From positions 1-64,000 of the forward strand of contig JAHLWR010000018.1 of the NCBI GenBank assembly GCA_019057815.1: a stretch of DNA of 64,000 nucleotides, written 5' to 3'. The notes beneath the pieces are model-generated. The model saw only the letters and a list, made by a program, of their open reading frames with translations. It had not been told where the DNA came from and searched no databases. Positions within the stretch are counted from its first letter, which is position 1. The number at the start of each line of letters is the position of its first letter. This stretch comes from Candidatus Heimdallarchaeota archaeon. Its GTDB lineage: Archaea > Asgardarchaeota > Heimdallarchaeia > Heimdallarchaeales > Heimdallarchaeaceae. Below are positions 1-10,174 of this stretch, piece after piece. A program made the translations under genes and the position numbers.

Positions 1-2
1 CT

Positions 3-611
3 AAGAATATTGACAAACAATTAAAGAAAATCAAAAAGAAGCACCAGACTCTTGCACGTAAAAAGAAAGGTTCAAAGAACTGGTTAAAAGCCAAGTTACA
101 ATTAGCTAAACTTTTAGCACAAGTTACTAACCAACGTAAAGATTTCTTGCATAAAGTCTCCAGATTTTATGTTAATGTTTACGACCTTATGTGTGTGGAA
201 GACTTGAATATTAAAGGACTCACACAGAAAGGTAACAAAAATAATAAGCGGTCACAGACTCTCCATCGCAACATTTTTGACGCTTCGTGGGGACAGTTCT
301 TCAACTATTTATCTTATAAAGCTGTCAATGCTGATAAACAGATAGTTAAAGTTCATCCTAAAAATACTACTCAAGAATGTTCTAGATGTGGGCGAATAGT
401 TAAGAAAAACCTTTCCGGTAGAATACACTTCTGTCCTTATTGCAACTTAGAGTTAGACCGTGATTATAACGCTTCGATAAATATTTTGAAGAGGGGCACG
501 GGACGTGCTTCTATACTTGTGGAGAACAGACCTCTGTTCACTATCACTGCTTCCGCTTTCGTTAGTGGTCAAGTCTTTTCTATGAATCAAGAAACTCCTT
601 CCTTAAGGTAG
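3..611 (+). CDS. tnpB: IS200/IS605-family TnpB RNA-guided endonuclease, 5'-truncated by the window edge
   Basis: Frame is open from position 3 (KNIDKQLKKIKKKHQTLARKKKGSKNWLKAK...RKDFLHKVS). It has the RuvC-II VEDL motif, DASWGQF, the zinc finger TTQECSRCG...CPYC and RuvC-III DRDYNASINI. Confidence 0.93.
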   Translation, partial: KNIDKQLKKIKKKHQTLARKKKGSKNWLKAKLQLAKLLAQVTNQRKDFLHKVSRFYVNVYDLMCVEDLNIKGLTQKGNKNNKRSQTLHRNIFDASWGQFFNYLSYKAVNADKQIVKVHPKNTTQECSRCGRIVKKNLSGRIHFCPYCNLELDRDYNASINILKRGTGRASILVENRPLFTITASAFVSGQVFSMNQETPSLR

Positions 612-621
612 GAGTAGTTCA
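591..621 (+). mobile_element. IS200/IS605 right end (subterminal hairpin plus TTCA end); predicted 3' part of the omegaRNA scaffold
   Basis: GAAACTCCTTCCTTAAGGTAGGAGTAGTTCA: ACTCCT/AGGAGT stem followed by AGTTCA, overlapping the tnpB stop. Confidence 0.8.
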
Positions 622-717
622 TTTGCTTCGAATGCGCATAAATCTACTATTTCACTTCTAGAAATAGGAATAATCCTTTTCACCAAACATTTATATTACA
701 ACTAGGGTTTTTTACAT

Positions 718-1950
718 GTGCATTCAACGATTGTTTTACATGCCAATCTTCAACATGCAGAAATACCAGTCGACCACATTCCGCAAGTTATTCAAAAAAG
801 CTATATACCAGTTCTTTCTTCTTTACTCGAAATACCAAAAGCTGAGGTTGTTTTGAATTTCACTGGAGTTACTCTGGATATTTTGTATAATGAATTTCCA
901 GAAGTTTTAGATCTTTTACGAGAAGGAATAAAAAACAATAAATTCGAACTTACAGGTTGTGGATACTCACATCCCATTTTCCCTTTATTACCTGTAGAAG
1001 ATATGAAAAAACAGATAGAATTTAATCAAAAAATATTCGAGAAAGCTTTAAATTACACACCAAAAGGTTTCTGGTTACCTGAACTAGCTTATGACCCACT
1101 TTTGCCAATGTTACTCAAGGAATATGGATATTCTTACACTTTCATTGATGATGAATTGTATAATCTTAGCTCACCTTTGCTAAATGATTCTAATCCTTAT
1201 AACAACACATATTATTCCTCATCTCACTACATTATTGATTTTTTGAAAACAAAAGGACTACTGAGAAAGCTTACTCGATATCGCAGAACAATGAAGAATA
1301 TTAAGAAAATCTGCAAAAAAACAAACTTCTATCCTGTCGAATTGAAAGGAGCAAAAGGAACAATTACAGGACTAAAAGTCCCACAATCATGGAGTATTAT
1401 CACTTCTGCTGCTTTGTTAGGGTTCCCCTTTATATCACTTAAGAAAGTTATCAAACTCATTTCAAATTATAAGAATCAAAAAGGATTGATTATTCCTTAT
1501 GGTAATGATATAGAATTTTTCGGGTATAGAAGCTTTGTTAAAGGAAAACTAATGACAGAAGAGGATTTAAGGAAATTTCTCTCTCAACTTATTTCCATAA
1601 AAGGCAATCAAATGATTTTACCTATAAATTACTTAAAAGATAATAAACCGAGTGAACTAGGATACATGAAAACAGGTAGTTGGGCACCTGATAGAAGATT
1701 AGATATCTGGTTAAGAGATGAAGATAACCAAAAATTAGAAAGGTTGCTAAATGATGTAAGACGCTACCTTGTGTGTGTTAATCCTGAAGATATAGGAGAT
1801 GAGCTTTGGAAACATATTCTGTTAGCAGAAAACAGTGATGGAAGAGGGTGGGACCCTCTACCTGAGAGACGATTGGACTGCTTTGCCAACGTATTAGACG
1901 CTTTAAGAATTGCCAAAGAAAAGAGCTTAAAGAAGAGAAAGAAATCTTAG
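718..1950 (+). CDS. Glycoside hydrolase family 57, alpha-galactosidase-like (Pyrococcus GalA type)
   Basis: HANLQHAEIP, GFWLPELAYDP (nucleophile Glu), GNDIEFFGY, SWAPD and AENSDGRGWDPLPERRLD motifs. Confidence 0.85.
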   Translation: MHSTIVLHANLQHAEIPVDHIPQVIQKSYIPVLSSLLEIPKAEVVLNFTGVTLDILYNEFPEVLDLLREGIKNNKFELTGCGYSHPIFPLLPVEDMKKQIEFNQKIFEKALNYTPKGFWLPELAYDPLLPMLLKEYGYSYTFIDDELYNLSSPLLNDSNPYNNTYYSSSHYIIDFLKTKGLLRKLTRYRRTMKNIKKICKKTNFYPVELKGAKGTITGLKVPQSWSIITSAALLGFPFISLKKVIKLISNYKNQKGLIIPYGNDIEFFGYRSFVKGKLMTEEDLRKFLSQLISIKGNQMILPINYLKDNKPSELGYMKTGSWAPDRRLDIWLRDEDNQKLERLLNDVRRYLVCVNPEDIGDELWKHILLAENSDGRGWDPLPERRLDCFANVLDALRIAKEKSLKKRKKS

Positions 1951-2039
1951 TTAATAGCTAATTTAATCATAATACTTATAATTGCGCTAAATATTTCTAA
2001 ATTACTATCTCAAATTAATAAAAAAACAGATGGGGACAT

Positions 2040-2876
2040 ATGGTATCAATTGAAGTTTATATACATGAAGATAGTTGTGACCATTGTAAGCCGACTTTGA
2101 AATTCTTGACAGCAGTAGTAAGTGCTGTAAATAGAGAAGATGTCACATTAATTATCCATCAAATTAGTAAAAATAGAGAAGCAGCTGAAAAAGCAGGTAT
2201 TCCTCGAAAACAGCTTCCTGTAATAGTTTTGGAATCTGGTTGCCAAATTATGGGTACTCTATCTCATGATCTAATTGGTGTGCTTATTTGTAGTCTTCTT
2301 ACAAAATCTAAAATACCAATTCAATCTTTTGATAAATTTGAGCTAAACAAGAAAGAAGCACCTATATTATTGGAATTAGCTTCAGCGATGATTGAATACC
2401 AAGCAGCTTACACACTGCGAAGAGATAAATCATACACGTTTATTATCAAAGAATCGACAGCTAAAGTCCCTATTAAACGATATAAACGACTTTCAGAACA
2501 CACTAAGCTGATGTTATTAACAAATTTCGATAATAAACCCAGTCCTAAACTTTATGAGTTTGGTTTACATTCTAATGTTTTCTTAGGTCACATTATAAGA
2601 GATAATATTGTAATGGCTGCAAATCTAATTATTTGGAAAGAAAGAGCAAATCACATCAGCTTCTTTAGATTAAAACGAGCTGAAAATGGGAATTATACCG
2701 GAACTTGCTCAAGCCTTCTTGGAGATGGTAAACAGACAATCAGAGATTTCTTCAAACCTTTGTTCCTTACATCAGCTACCATCAACTCTGATGGAGCTAA
2801 AAGCGCGGGTCAGAACAGAATAGTAGCTAATATCAAAGATATAAGTAATGATTTAGACCAACTAATAAGAAGGTAA
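2040..2876 (+). CDS. Thioredoxin-fold (CxxC) N-terminal domain fused to a possible DICT sensory domain
   Basis: N-terminal CDHC with a later LPVIV cis-Pro strand; C-terminal LLELASAMIEYQA, RYKRLS and GNYTGTCS resemble DICT motifs. Confidence 0.5.
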   Translation: MVSIEVYIHEDSCDHCKPTLKFLTAVVSAVNREDVTLIIHQISKNREAAEKAGIPRKQLPVIVLESGCQIMGTLSHDLIGVLICSLLTKSKIPIQSFDKFELNKKEAPILLELASAMIEYQAAYTLRRDKSYTFIIKESTAKVPIKRYKRLSEHTKLMLLTNFDNKPSPKLYEFGLHSNVFLGHIIRDNIVMAANLIIWKERANHISFFRLKRAENGNYTGTCSSLLGDGKQTIRDFFKPLFLTSATINSDGAKSAGQNRIVANIKDISNDLDQLIRR

Positions 2877-2880
2877 AATC

Positions 2881-3057
2881 TTATTTCTTTAAGATGCCAA
2901 ATCCATCACACGTTCCTACCCCTCTCATACATTCACTAGACCGTGTAACGAAATATTTACAATATCCACCCATTATTGGATCATATTGAGGGCAGTCAGC
3001 TTCAGAATTATCTTCATCTTCTGATTTTCCGCTTGGGGGGAGTGGGATACCTGACAT
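2881..3057 (-). CDS. Small 58-aa four-Cys protein (not in the ORF track)
   Basis: Manual translation MSGIPLPPSGKSEDEDNSEADCPQYDPIMGGYCKYFVTRSSECMRGVGTCDGFGILKK*; AGAGGA upstream; fills the intergenic gap. Confidence 0.65.
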   Translation of the reverse strand: MSGIPLPPSGKSEDEDNSEADCPQYDPIMGGYCKYFVTRSSECMRGVGTCDGFGILKK

Positions 3058-3103
3058 CTTATTCCTCTCTAATGTATTAATCTTCTTACTTTTTAATGTT
3101 TTC

Positions 3104-3244
3104 TTATTTCCTCACAAGATAATGGGGATTCGCTCTTTCACATGAAGGGCATTTTTCGACATATTTACTTATCGGAATACCGCATCCTGAACAAGGATAC
3201 TCTTTTCTTCTTACATCTTTGTTTGATGAACCCTCATTTTTCAT
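3104..3244 (-). CDS. Small 46-aa zinc-ribbon protein (not in the ORF track)
   Basis: Manual translation MKNEGSSNKDVRRKEYPCSGCGIPISKYVEKCPSCERANPHYLVRK*; CxxCG...CPxC pattern. Confidence 0.7.
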   Translation of the reverse strand: MKNEGSSNKDVRRKEYPCSGCGIPISKYVEKCPSCERANPHYLVRK

Positions 3245-3385
3245 GACAATTAATGTATTATTCCTTACGTTTTTTAACTATTATGGGTAAGGTAAAACAC
3301 TTCAACCGAAATGCTATTAGATGGTAAGGCTTATTAAAATACTACTCTATTTGATTTTTAAAGATGAAGAAATAAGGCGAAACCC

Positions 3386-4909
3386 ATGGTAAAATTAATC
3401 GTGAAAATAGAGAAAATTTTAGAGAAAGAACAAGATTATGTTCTTATCAATACTAAATTAGCAGAAAAATCAGCACTATTACCAGGTCAATTAATAGAAA
3501 TATATCCTAAAGATATAGGATTAAAAGTTTATACACGAGATAGTTATTCAGAATCACATATTGGAATTTCCCAAAGAATAGCTAATGATTATAACATTAA
3601 GAAAGGAGACGAAGTTGAGATAAAGGAAATAACAAATGAACAAATTATCGCTCTCCTTCATAAAAAAATGAGGGGAGAACCTTTAAAAGAAGAAGAAATA
3701 GACTATATTTTTTCAGCGATAGATAAAAACCTTATACATGATACTCAAATAGCAGTTTTAATGTCATTATTTCAAGTTCAAGGCCTTTCACTAGATGAAA
3801 CTACACATGTTGCAAGAGCTATAGTTAACAATTCGGATATTTTACATCCAAAGAAAGGACCAGTTGTAGATAAGCACTCAATTGGTGGTATAGCTGGTAA
3901 CCGTATAACTCCCATAATGATTCCCATTCTTGCAGCTGCTGGTCTGACGATTCCAAAAGTATCTACTAGAGCCATCACATCTCCGGCTGGAACAATTGAT
4001 ACTGTAGAAGTAATAATGCCTTGTGATTTGAACATAGAAGAAATGAGAGAAGTAGTTGACACAACAGGTGGATGCATTGTAAGCGGAGAAACAGTTGGTC
4101 TTGCTGACGTTTCTGATAAGATAATCCATGTTCTAGAGACTATTAAGATAGACCCACGTGAATTTATGGTAGCGAGCATTCTCTCTAAAAAGATAGCAGC
4201 TGGTTCTGAATATGTTCTCATTGACCTTCCTACTGGAAAAGGAGCTAAAGTTATCAGAAGAGAACAATCACAAGAATTGGGAGGTCTGTTCACCTCAATA
4301 GGTTATTCACTAAAATTACGATTAGACTGTATTATTAGTCCTGGAGACAGACCAATTGGTAGTATGATAGGACCTAGTTTAGAAGCGAAAGATGTTCTTA
4401 GTATTGTAATTGACCAAAGTGGAAGTATTGATCTCATGAATAAAGCTTTATCTCTTTCTGGAATCATTTTTGAAGCGCAAAACTGGTGTCCAAGGGGGTA
4501 TGGTTTTGAATATGCTGAAGAAGTTCTTAGAAGTGGAAAAGCTTACAATAAATTGAAAGAAATTATCGCAGCTCAAGGTGGGGACGAGAACATTAAGGTA
4601 GAGGATATACCAACAGCAAACTATACATCTACAGTAATAGCTAAAACTGGTGGTGTCGTTTATGCTGTGGAAAGCGCAGCTATTTCAACTATAGCAAGAC
4701 AAGCAGGTGCTCCAAGTGATAAGAATGCGGGAGTGAAACTACTTGTAAAACGTGGAAACAGATTCAAGAAAGGTGATCCATTATTCGAAGTTCACTCTTC
4801 ATCTGAAGGGAGACTTACATCAGCTCTTAAATTAGCAACATCTGAATATGATCCAATTGATGCAGAAAGAATGATTCTGGAGATTATTCATGGTCCTAAG
4901 GAACTGTGA
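3386..4909 (+). CDS. deoA: AMP phosphorylase (thymidine phosphorylase family, archaeal type)
   Basis: DKHSIGGIAGN, PKVSTRAITSPAGT, SILSKKIAAG, AGAPSDKNAGV; N-terminal beta-barrel extension typical of AMPpase. Confidence 0.92.
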   Translation: MVKLIVKIEKILEKEQDYVLINTKLAEKSALLPGQLIEIYPKDIGLKVYTRDSYSESHIGISQRIANDYNIKKGDEVEIKEITNEQIIALLHKKMRGEPLKEEEIDYIFSAIDKNLIHDTQIAVLMSLFQVQGLSLDETTHVARAIVNNSDILHPKKGPVVDKHSIGGIAGNRITPIMIPILAAAGLTIPKVSTRAITSPAGTIDTVEVIMPCDLNIEEMREVVDTTGGCIVSGETVGLADVSDKIIHVLETIKIDPREFMVASILSKKIAAGSEYVLIDLPTGKGAKVIRREQSQELGGLFTSIGYSLKLRLDCIISPGDRPIGSMIGPSLEAKDVLSIVIDQSGSIDLMNKALSLSGIIFEAQNWCPRGYGFEYAEEVLRSGKAYNKLKEIIAAQGGDENIKVEDIPTANYTSTVIAKTGGVVYAVESAAISTIARQAGAPSDKNAGVKLLVKRGNRFKKGDPLFEVHSSSEGRLTSALKLATSEYDPIDAERMILEIIHGPKEL

Positions 4910-5439
4910 AGGAAATGGAAGAAAAAGAAGATATTCCTTTTTCTTATAGAATTTGCATGCTTTCATCATCCTTCAACATAGAAAATGTTGTAAACTACCT
5001 TAAAAATTCAAAAGATTGCAAGGTGTCTACACAAATTCTAAATCCTGCTTTAATAGTTTCAAAAAGACATCTCTCTGTAGCAATACACCATACACTAAAA
5101 TCTTTCAAGTTTAAAAGAAATATAGCTAGAGATAATTCGACTGAATTTTTAATTCGAATATCAGGACGCAGACAAATATCAAAAGCATTGGATTTATATG
5201 GTATAACCCCTGATAGCACCAATGTACTTGTCTTGGTATTTGGAGGAACAGAAAAAGAAAATAATAAATCGTTGAGTGATTTCATTCAAACAATGAGTTT
5301 AGAAGAATTAGAGAAAGAAAAACAGAAACTACCAATAAGTTCACTTGAAATACTAACCGCATTTTACGATTGTTCAAAGAACCCTGATGATCTTGAGAAA
5401 AAAGCCTTGGAACTTATGGCTACTATAGATGTTCAATGA
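4906..5439 (+). CDS. cgi121: KEOPS complex subunit Cgi121
   Basis: QILNPALIVSKRHL...NIARDNSTEFLIRISGRRQISKALDLYG; 4-bp overlap with the upstream gene. Confidence 0.88.
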   Translation: MKEMEEKEDIPFSYRICMLSSSFNIENVVNYLKNSKDCKVSTQILNPALIVSKRHLSVAIHHTLKSFKFKRNIARDNSTEFLIRISGRRQISKALDLYGITPDSTNVLVLVFGGTEKENNKSLSDFIQTMSLEELEKEKQKLPISSLEILTAFYDCSKNPDDLEKKALELMATIDVQ

Positions 5440-5446
5440 TTAAATA

Positions 5447-6481
5447 TTAATATGGAATCCATTTCTGGAGAAGTTTAATACCCATCTCAAGATACTGTTT
5501 AGCAATTTCGCTTATCCTCTCTAATTGTTCATTTTCTTTTGCAATATCAGGAAAGATAATAGGTAACAATTTGTGGACAAAGGGAGCAACAGAACCAAGA
5601 CCTGCTGTACTATATGCTTGTTTCCCACTTCCTGTTCTAGGGATCAGATTTGACGGTAGAAGCAGTTTGTTAAACCATAATGGGTGAGCAGACATTATTT
5701 TAAAGCCTTCAGTTTGATCATAACTACTTTTCTTTGCAATATGTTGATTGAATTTTTCAAAAGCAATTTTATTGGGATGAAAAACATTCCTACTAATAAT
5801 TCCTCGAACATAAGTTTGTACTGATTTAGGCTGTTCTAAAATGTGAAATGGAATAATTGTAGATACTTCTGTGATTGTTGCATCTATTTTATCAGAGCGG
5901 TAAATTTTTTCTGAAGTATAGAGTTTTCCTAGAATATCGAGAGGTAAGCAAACACCATTTATCTCAAAATAATCTTCAAGATAGTTTCCAGAATTATTAA
6001 CTGTAAATTCTGAATAAAAGATTCCAGGACCAAAAATTACAGCTATTCTTTCATCAGTAATCTCTTTGAATGTCTGAGTTTCATCAGTTAACATAATTAT
6101 TGTATCTCTTCGAAGTTCCGTTACTGGTTTATCAAGAAATACACCTTTGAGAGATGTACCTATTAGTTTTGTCCATGAATTAATAATCAATAATGTGTTT
6201 AGGTTTCGTGATTCTATTTCTTGAAGACGCATTTTCTTCTTTTTATCTTCCAAATCCAGAATTTCTTGATCCATTCTTCTTATTACATGTTCTTCTTCTG
6301 GCAGTCTACGTGGATATCCTTCTTCATTCATGAAAGCTATTAATTCCCTTAAGGGAAGCTCTCCTGTGTTAAAATCGTAGAAATTTCCTCCTGAACCATA
6401 GTAATCTTTCAACAGTTTTAAAAGTTTAATTCGTTTATCAACTTGCTTGTATTCTTCTGAATCTTCAACTTTTAGTGACAT
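5447..6481 (-). CDS. Hypothetical protein
   Basis: 344-aa ORF with normal composition; no recognised motif. Confidence 0.75.
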   Translation of the reverse strand: MSLKVEDSEEYKQVDKRIKLLKLLKDYYGSGGNFYDFNTGELPLRELIAFMNEEGYPRRLPEEEHVIRRMDQEILDLEDKKKKMRLQEIESRNLNTLLIINSWTKLIGTSLKGVFLDKPVTELRRDTIIMLTDETQTFKEITDERIAVIFGPGIFYSEFTVNNSGNYLEDYFEINGVCLPLDILGKLYTSEKIYRSDKIDATITEVSTIIPFHILEQPKSVQTYVRGIISRNVFHPNKIAFEKFNQHIAKKSSYDQTEGFKIMSAHPLWFNKLLLPSNLIPRTGSGKQAYSTAGLGSVAPFVHKLLPIIFPDIAKENEQLERISEIAKQYLEMGIKLLQKWIPY

Positions 6482-6568
6482 CGTTTTCAGTCCTTTACGT
6501 TTCTAGAAGATATTAATATATTTATTAGCTCTAAAGACTACTAAAATATATCCTTTGTTTATTATTTA

Positions 6569-7558
6569 TTAGGATTCTGTAGGATATTTTCCAGTTTCTA
6601 TAAGATAGGTTGCAGAATTAATCCCAGCTTTAAGTGCATCAACTAAAGAAGAAGATTTTAGAATTTCATCAAGAAATCCACCATTGAAACAATCCCCAGC
6701 ACCAACAAATGTTACTGTTTTGGATAGAGCATTTGTTTGTAGTGAAATGGATTCTTTTCCCCAGAATCTAACTGATTTTTTTGTGTGTAGAATTATAGGT
6801 AAGCACAAATACTCTGATAGTTCTTCTGGAGATTTATCAAAAGCGTTTGTAAAAGTATTTAACTCAAATTCATTTACAGACAAGTACTTTTCACCTTCCA
6901 ATTTCTTTAATTGTTTAAGAATTTTCATCAATTCTTTCATTCTACCAAACTTTGAAAGGTCACAAGGGTCTATGAAAATTATCCCCTCATAGGATATATC
7001 ATTAAATCGAGAAATTTTTTCATCAAATGAAATAGTAGAGCTAAAAAGAATTGGATCTTCCGGGTTAATTATACTTAACAATAAAGAACTTATCCACTCA
7101 ATAGATCTACAGTTTAGTGCTATGTTACTAATAGTTTTCAATGTAGATGAATTGAACATTTTTGTTATTCTGCTATTCAGATGCTCTGGAGCTAAAAAGC
7201 CTTTAACAGAATTAAATTGAGTTTCTCCTCCAGCTAGGTTAAGTATGGAAGTAATGTTAACTTCAGCGTTCTCAATAGGCTCTAATTCCAATTTTATGTT
7301 TTTTTCCTTTACAAGAGATTCGAATAAAGAAGATGTAGGCCCAACAAATGTCATGTTTCTCCCTAAACTTGCAAGAGTTCTACATAGGTTGAAACCATTT
7401 CCACCAGGTTTGAATTCAATATCTGTCTCCACATGATGTGAGCCTTTAAGAGGTAAATCTTCAATTAGCTCTGAAGAGTTTTTTTGAGTAAAAGGACGAA
7501 TATCAACATCAATAAAAGATAAATCAAAACCAGCATATATTCTGTTTTCTTTCATCAA
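6569..7558 (-). CDS. PfkB/ribokinase-family carbohydrate kinase
   Basis: PGGNGFN N-terminal signature, NEFE, VGAGDCFNGGF C-terminal signature. Confidence 0.88.
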   Translation of the reverse strand: MMKENRIYAGFDLSFIDVDIRPFTQKNSSELIEDLPLKGSHHVETDIEFKPGGNGFNLCRTLASLGRNMTFVGPTSSLFESLVKEKNIKLELEPIENAEVNITSILNLAGGETQFNSVKGFLAPEHLNSRITKMFNSSTLKTISNIALNCRSIEWISSLLLSIINPEDPILFSSTISFDEKISRFNDISYEGIIFIDPCDLSKFGRMKELMKILKQLKKLEGEKYLSVNEFELNTFTNAFDKSPEELSEYLCLPIILHTKKSVRFWGKESISLQTNALSKTVTFVGAGDCFNGGFLDEILKSSSLVDALKAGINSATYLIETGKYPTES

Positions 7559-7568
7559 TAAATCACTG

Positions 7569-9656
7569 TCACATCTTGTCTAGAATATCCAATCCCATTA
7601 CTTCAAACAAACTCTCAAGGCATTTTATTACTGACATAACTAAAAGCAATCTAAAATTCAACATTTCTTTAGTTTCTGCTGCTAGCACTGGACATTTATC
7701 ATAGAATTTATGAAAAGCTGAAGCTAGTTGAAAAGCAAAATTTGCAATAGAATCTAGTTTAAGTGATTCTGCAGCTGAAATGTATACAGAGGGTAATTCT
7801 TCCATACATTTGATTAATTCCCATTCTTCTTTCTTTTCTGGTATAAAATCTATTTTTTCTAAGTCCATAGAAATCTGTTTAGGTTTAAGCCCTTTTTCTT
7901 TAGCTTTTTTCAAGATACTCAATGCTCTTGCATAGGAATATTGTAAAAATGGTCCTGTATTTTCGTTTGGATCTACTGCTTTTTTAATATCAAAAATAAC
8001 TGCTTTATTTGAATCTATCTTAAGAATATGATACTTTATACTACTAGCTGCTACTTTTTTGGCAATTTCCTTCTGTTCTTCTTGTGTATAATTTCTAGTA
8101 CTAGTTATCTTTGTTACTTCTTTTTTTGCAGACTCAAATAACTCATCGGGAGTCACATATTCTAGTTCCCTAGCAGCCATTTTTCTACCAACTAAAGTAA
8201 CATACTCATAATCTATATGGGTTATTTTATCCGCTAACTCTTGGGCAAATATACCGTACAAAGCAAGTTTTACTGATAATTGAGGAAGTTGTTGTTGCTT
8301 TCCAATCACATTATAACAATAATTTGCGTCAAATTTCTCTAATTTATGTAAATGGTATGCTATATCTCTGCATGGATAAAGTGGAATGCCTTCTGAATTA
8401 ACAATAATTATATCGGGAATTTTATAAGTTATACTATATTTTTCCTTAAAACCTAACTGTGAACCTATTTTATCGTTTTCAAGAAGTCTTGCTTTAGCAT
8501 CATGTCGAAGAAATTCATTTTTCTCCAATTCTTCCAGAATGTATTTTACTTCCCCTGACCATGCCACATCAGATTCCCAATCAAAATCATCGTGAATTAT
8601 ATTAAATGACTTTAGAGTCTCTATATGACCATATAGTGTGTTATTCACTACTTCCCTATATTTTTCCTTTATACCCTCGTCCTTACCTTCTAAATATTTA
8701 GTAATAAAATTATTTGTCATATTAAATAGGTTATCAATATTGGATAAGACTAATTTATGTAATTCTGTATAGATAATAGGGATTTTTTGGAGAAGAGAAT
8801 CTTGAACAAGTTTTAATTTTTCTAGTGTTTCAACTAAATTCTCTTTTATCTCTTTTTCTTTTTCTCCTTGTTTTATAAAAAGTATATATTTTGCTACTTC
8901 CGTTTCTTCAAGTCTGTAAATAGAAATTGTTTGATCTACGGCTATATCATTTGTATTAAGCAAATTCTTAACTTGTTGAATTTCCAACAAAGTATTCATT
9001 GTTGCATATATTTGTCCAATCCAAGCATCTATTTTACAATCAGCATGGAAACCATTCGATTTAAGGAGGTGGTAGCCTATTATTAATGGAGCTACTTGTT
9101 TTCCCAAATCATTCACATAATACCTAACATTGACATTTGCTCCAAGCATTTTGAATAATCTAGCAAGAACATCACCTATTACAGAATTCCTAAAATTACC
9201 AATATGTAAAGGTGCATTAGGATTGCTTGAAGTATGTTCAACAATTATCCTTTCTGATTCTCTGGTTGTACTATATCCATATAATGGTTCATTTAAGATA
9301 AATTTTATCAAGTTAGTTGTGAATATTTCCCTATCTAGAAATATATTTAGAAAACCACCCTTTACATATAATTTCTGAATAATTTTTGATTCTGCGATTT
9401 TTTTAATAATAATATCGCTTATTTCTTGTGGGCTTTTTCCGATTTCTTTTGCTATTGAGAAAAGTGGAAAACTTACGTCTCCTAAATTTATATCGTGAGG
9501 TTTCGACCAAAGAATTAATTTCTCTACTCCATATTCTTGCTTTAATATTTCCATAATATCTTGTTGAATCTCAGTATAAAGTCGGGAAATCATTCGTATA
9601 TCCTCAGTAAGATCTTTTTTATCAGGTAATGTTCTGCTATTTTGTATCTGTCTCAA
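7569..9656 (-). CDS. argS: Arginine--tRNA ligase (true start possibly ATG at 9593)
   Basis: VEHTSSNPNAPLHIGNFRN (HIGH), YVNDLGKQ, RDIAYH, GPFLQYSYARALSIL, FHKFYDKCPVL. Confidence 0.96.
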   Translation of the reverse strand: MRQIQNSRTLPDKKDLTEDIRMISRLYTEIQQDIMEILKQEYGVEKLILWSKPHDINLGDVSFPLFSIAKEIGKSPQEISDIIIKKIAESKIIQKLYVKGGFLNIFLDREIFTTNLIKFILNEPLYGYSTTRESERIIVEHTSSNPNAPLHIGNFRNSVIGDVLARLFKMLGANVNVRYYVNDLGKQVAPLIIGYHLLKSNGFHADCKIDAWIGQIYATMNTLLEIQQVKNLLNTNDIAVDQTISIYRLEETEVAKYILFIKQGEKEKEIKENLVETLEKLKLVQDSLLQKIPIIYTELHKLVLSNIDNLFNMTNNFITKYLEGKDEGIKEKYREVVNNTLYGHIETLKSFNIIHDDFDWESDVAWSGEVKYILEELEKNEFLRHDAKARLLENDKIGSQLGFKEKYSITYKIPDIIIVNSEGIPLYPCRDIAYHLHKLEKFDANYCYNVIGKQQQLPQLSVKLALYGIFAQELADKITHIDYEYVTLVGRKMAARELEYVTPDELFESAKKEVTKITSTRNYTQEEQKEIAKKVAASSIKYHILKIDSNKAVIFDIKKAVDPNENTGPFLQYSYARALSILKKAKEKGLKPKQISMDLEKIDFIPEKKEEWELIKCMEELPSVYISAAESLKLDSIANFAFQLASAFHKFYDKCPVLAAETKEMLNFRLLLVMSVIKCLESLFEVMGLDILDKM

Positions 9657-9801
9657 TCATATATTTTTTATTCTTAAATCTTCTTTTCGATATTCTATTT
9701 TAAGCAGATATTCTTCCTTTTTTAAACTATAAAAATAAATAAATAAGAGCTTTTAATAAGTTTTTAATAATTAATATTTATAATTTTACAGAGGAAATAT
9801 T

Positions 9802-10131
9802 ATGGGAAAATTACCTAGTGTAACATATGCAGAATTTAATGAAATCTTAAATTCAGAAACAAAGTTTATAATTGTGGATTGTTGGGCTCCTTGGTGTGGT
9901 CCATGCAGATCAATAGAACCTTACTACGAACAATTATCCGTAGAATATAATGATAGAATGAGATTCATTAGAATGAACATGGATGAAAACCCTATTTTTG
10001 CTCAAAAATATATGATTTCAAGTCTTCCTACATTTGTAGTATTTAAAGAAAAGAAACCTTATAGCAATCTAATTGGAGCAGATAGAAAAAAACTTAAAAA
10101 ATTAATTGATGTAGTTTTAGATAAGAAGTAA
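9802..10131 (+). CDS. trxA: Thioredoxin
   Basis: WAPWCGPC active site; SLPTF cis-Pro loop. Confidence 0.95.
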   Translation: MGKLPSVTYAEFNEILNSETKFIIVDCWAPWCGPCRSIEPYYEQLSVEYNDRMRFIRMNMDENPIFAQKYMISSLPTFVVFKEKKPYSNLIGADRKKLKKLIDVVLDKK

Positions 10132-10174
10132 ATATTGCCATTACATTTTTAGGGAGGAATTAGAGTATAACAAA

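Noticed and set aside
3778-4293. Antisense and nested ORFs in the track (e.g. 3778-4293, 14164-14562, 21070-21501, 22978-23421, 24475-24876, 48126-48533)
   Set aside because: They overlap well-supported genes on the opposite strand or frame and have Ser/Phe/Ile-rich shadow composition.
3386-4909. Complete AMP phosphorylase-R15P isomerase-RuBisCO cluster
   Set aside because: Neither the isomerase nor RuBisCO is in this window, so the pathway cannot be asserted.
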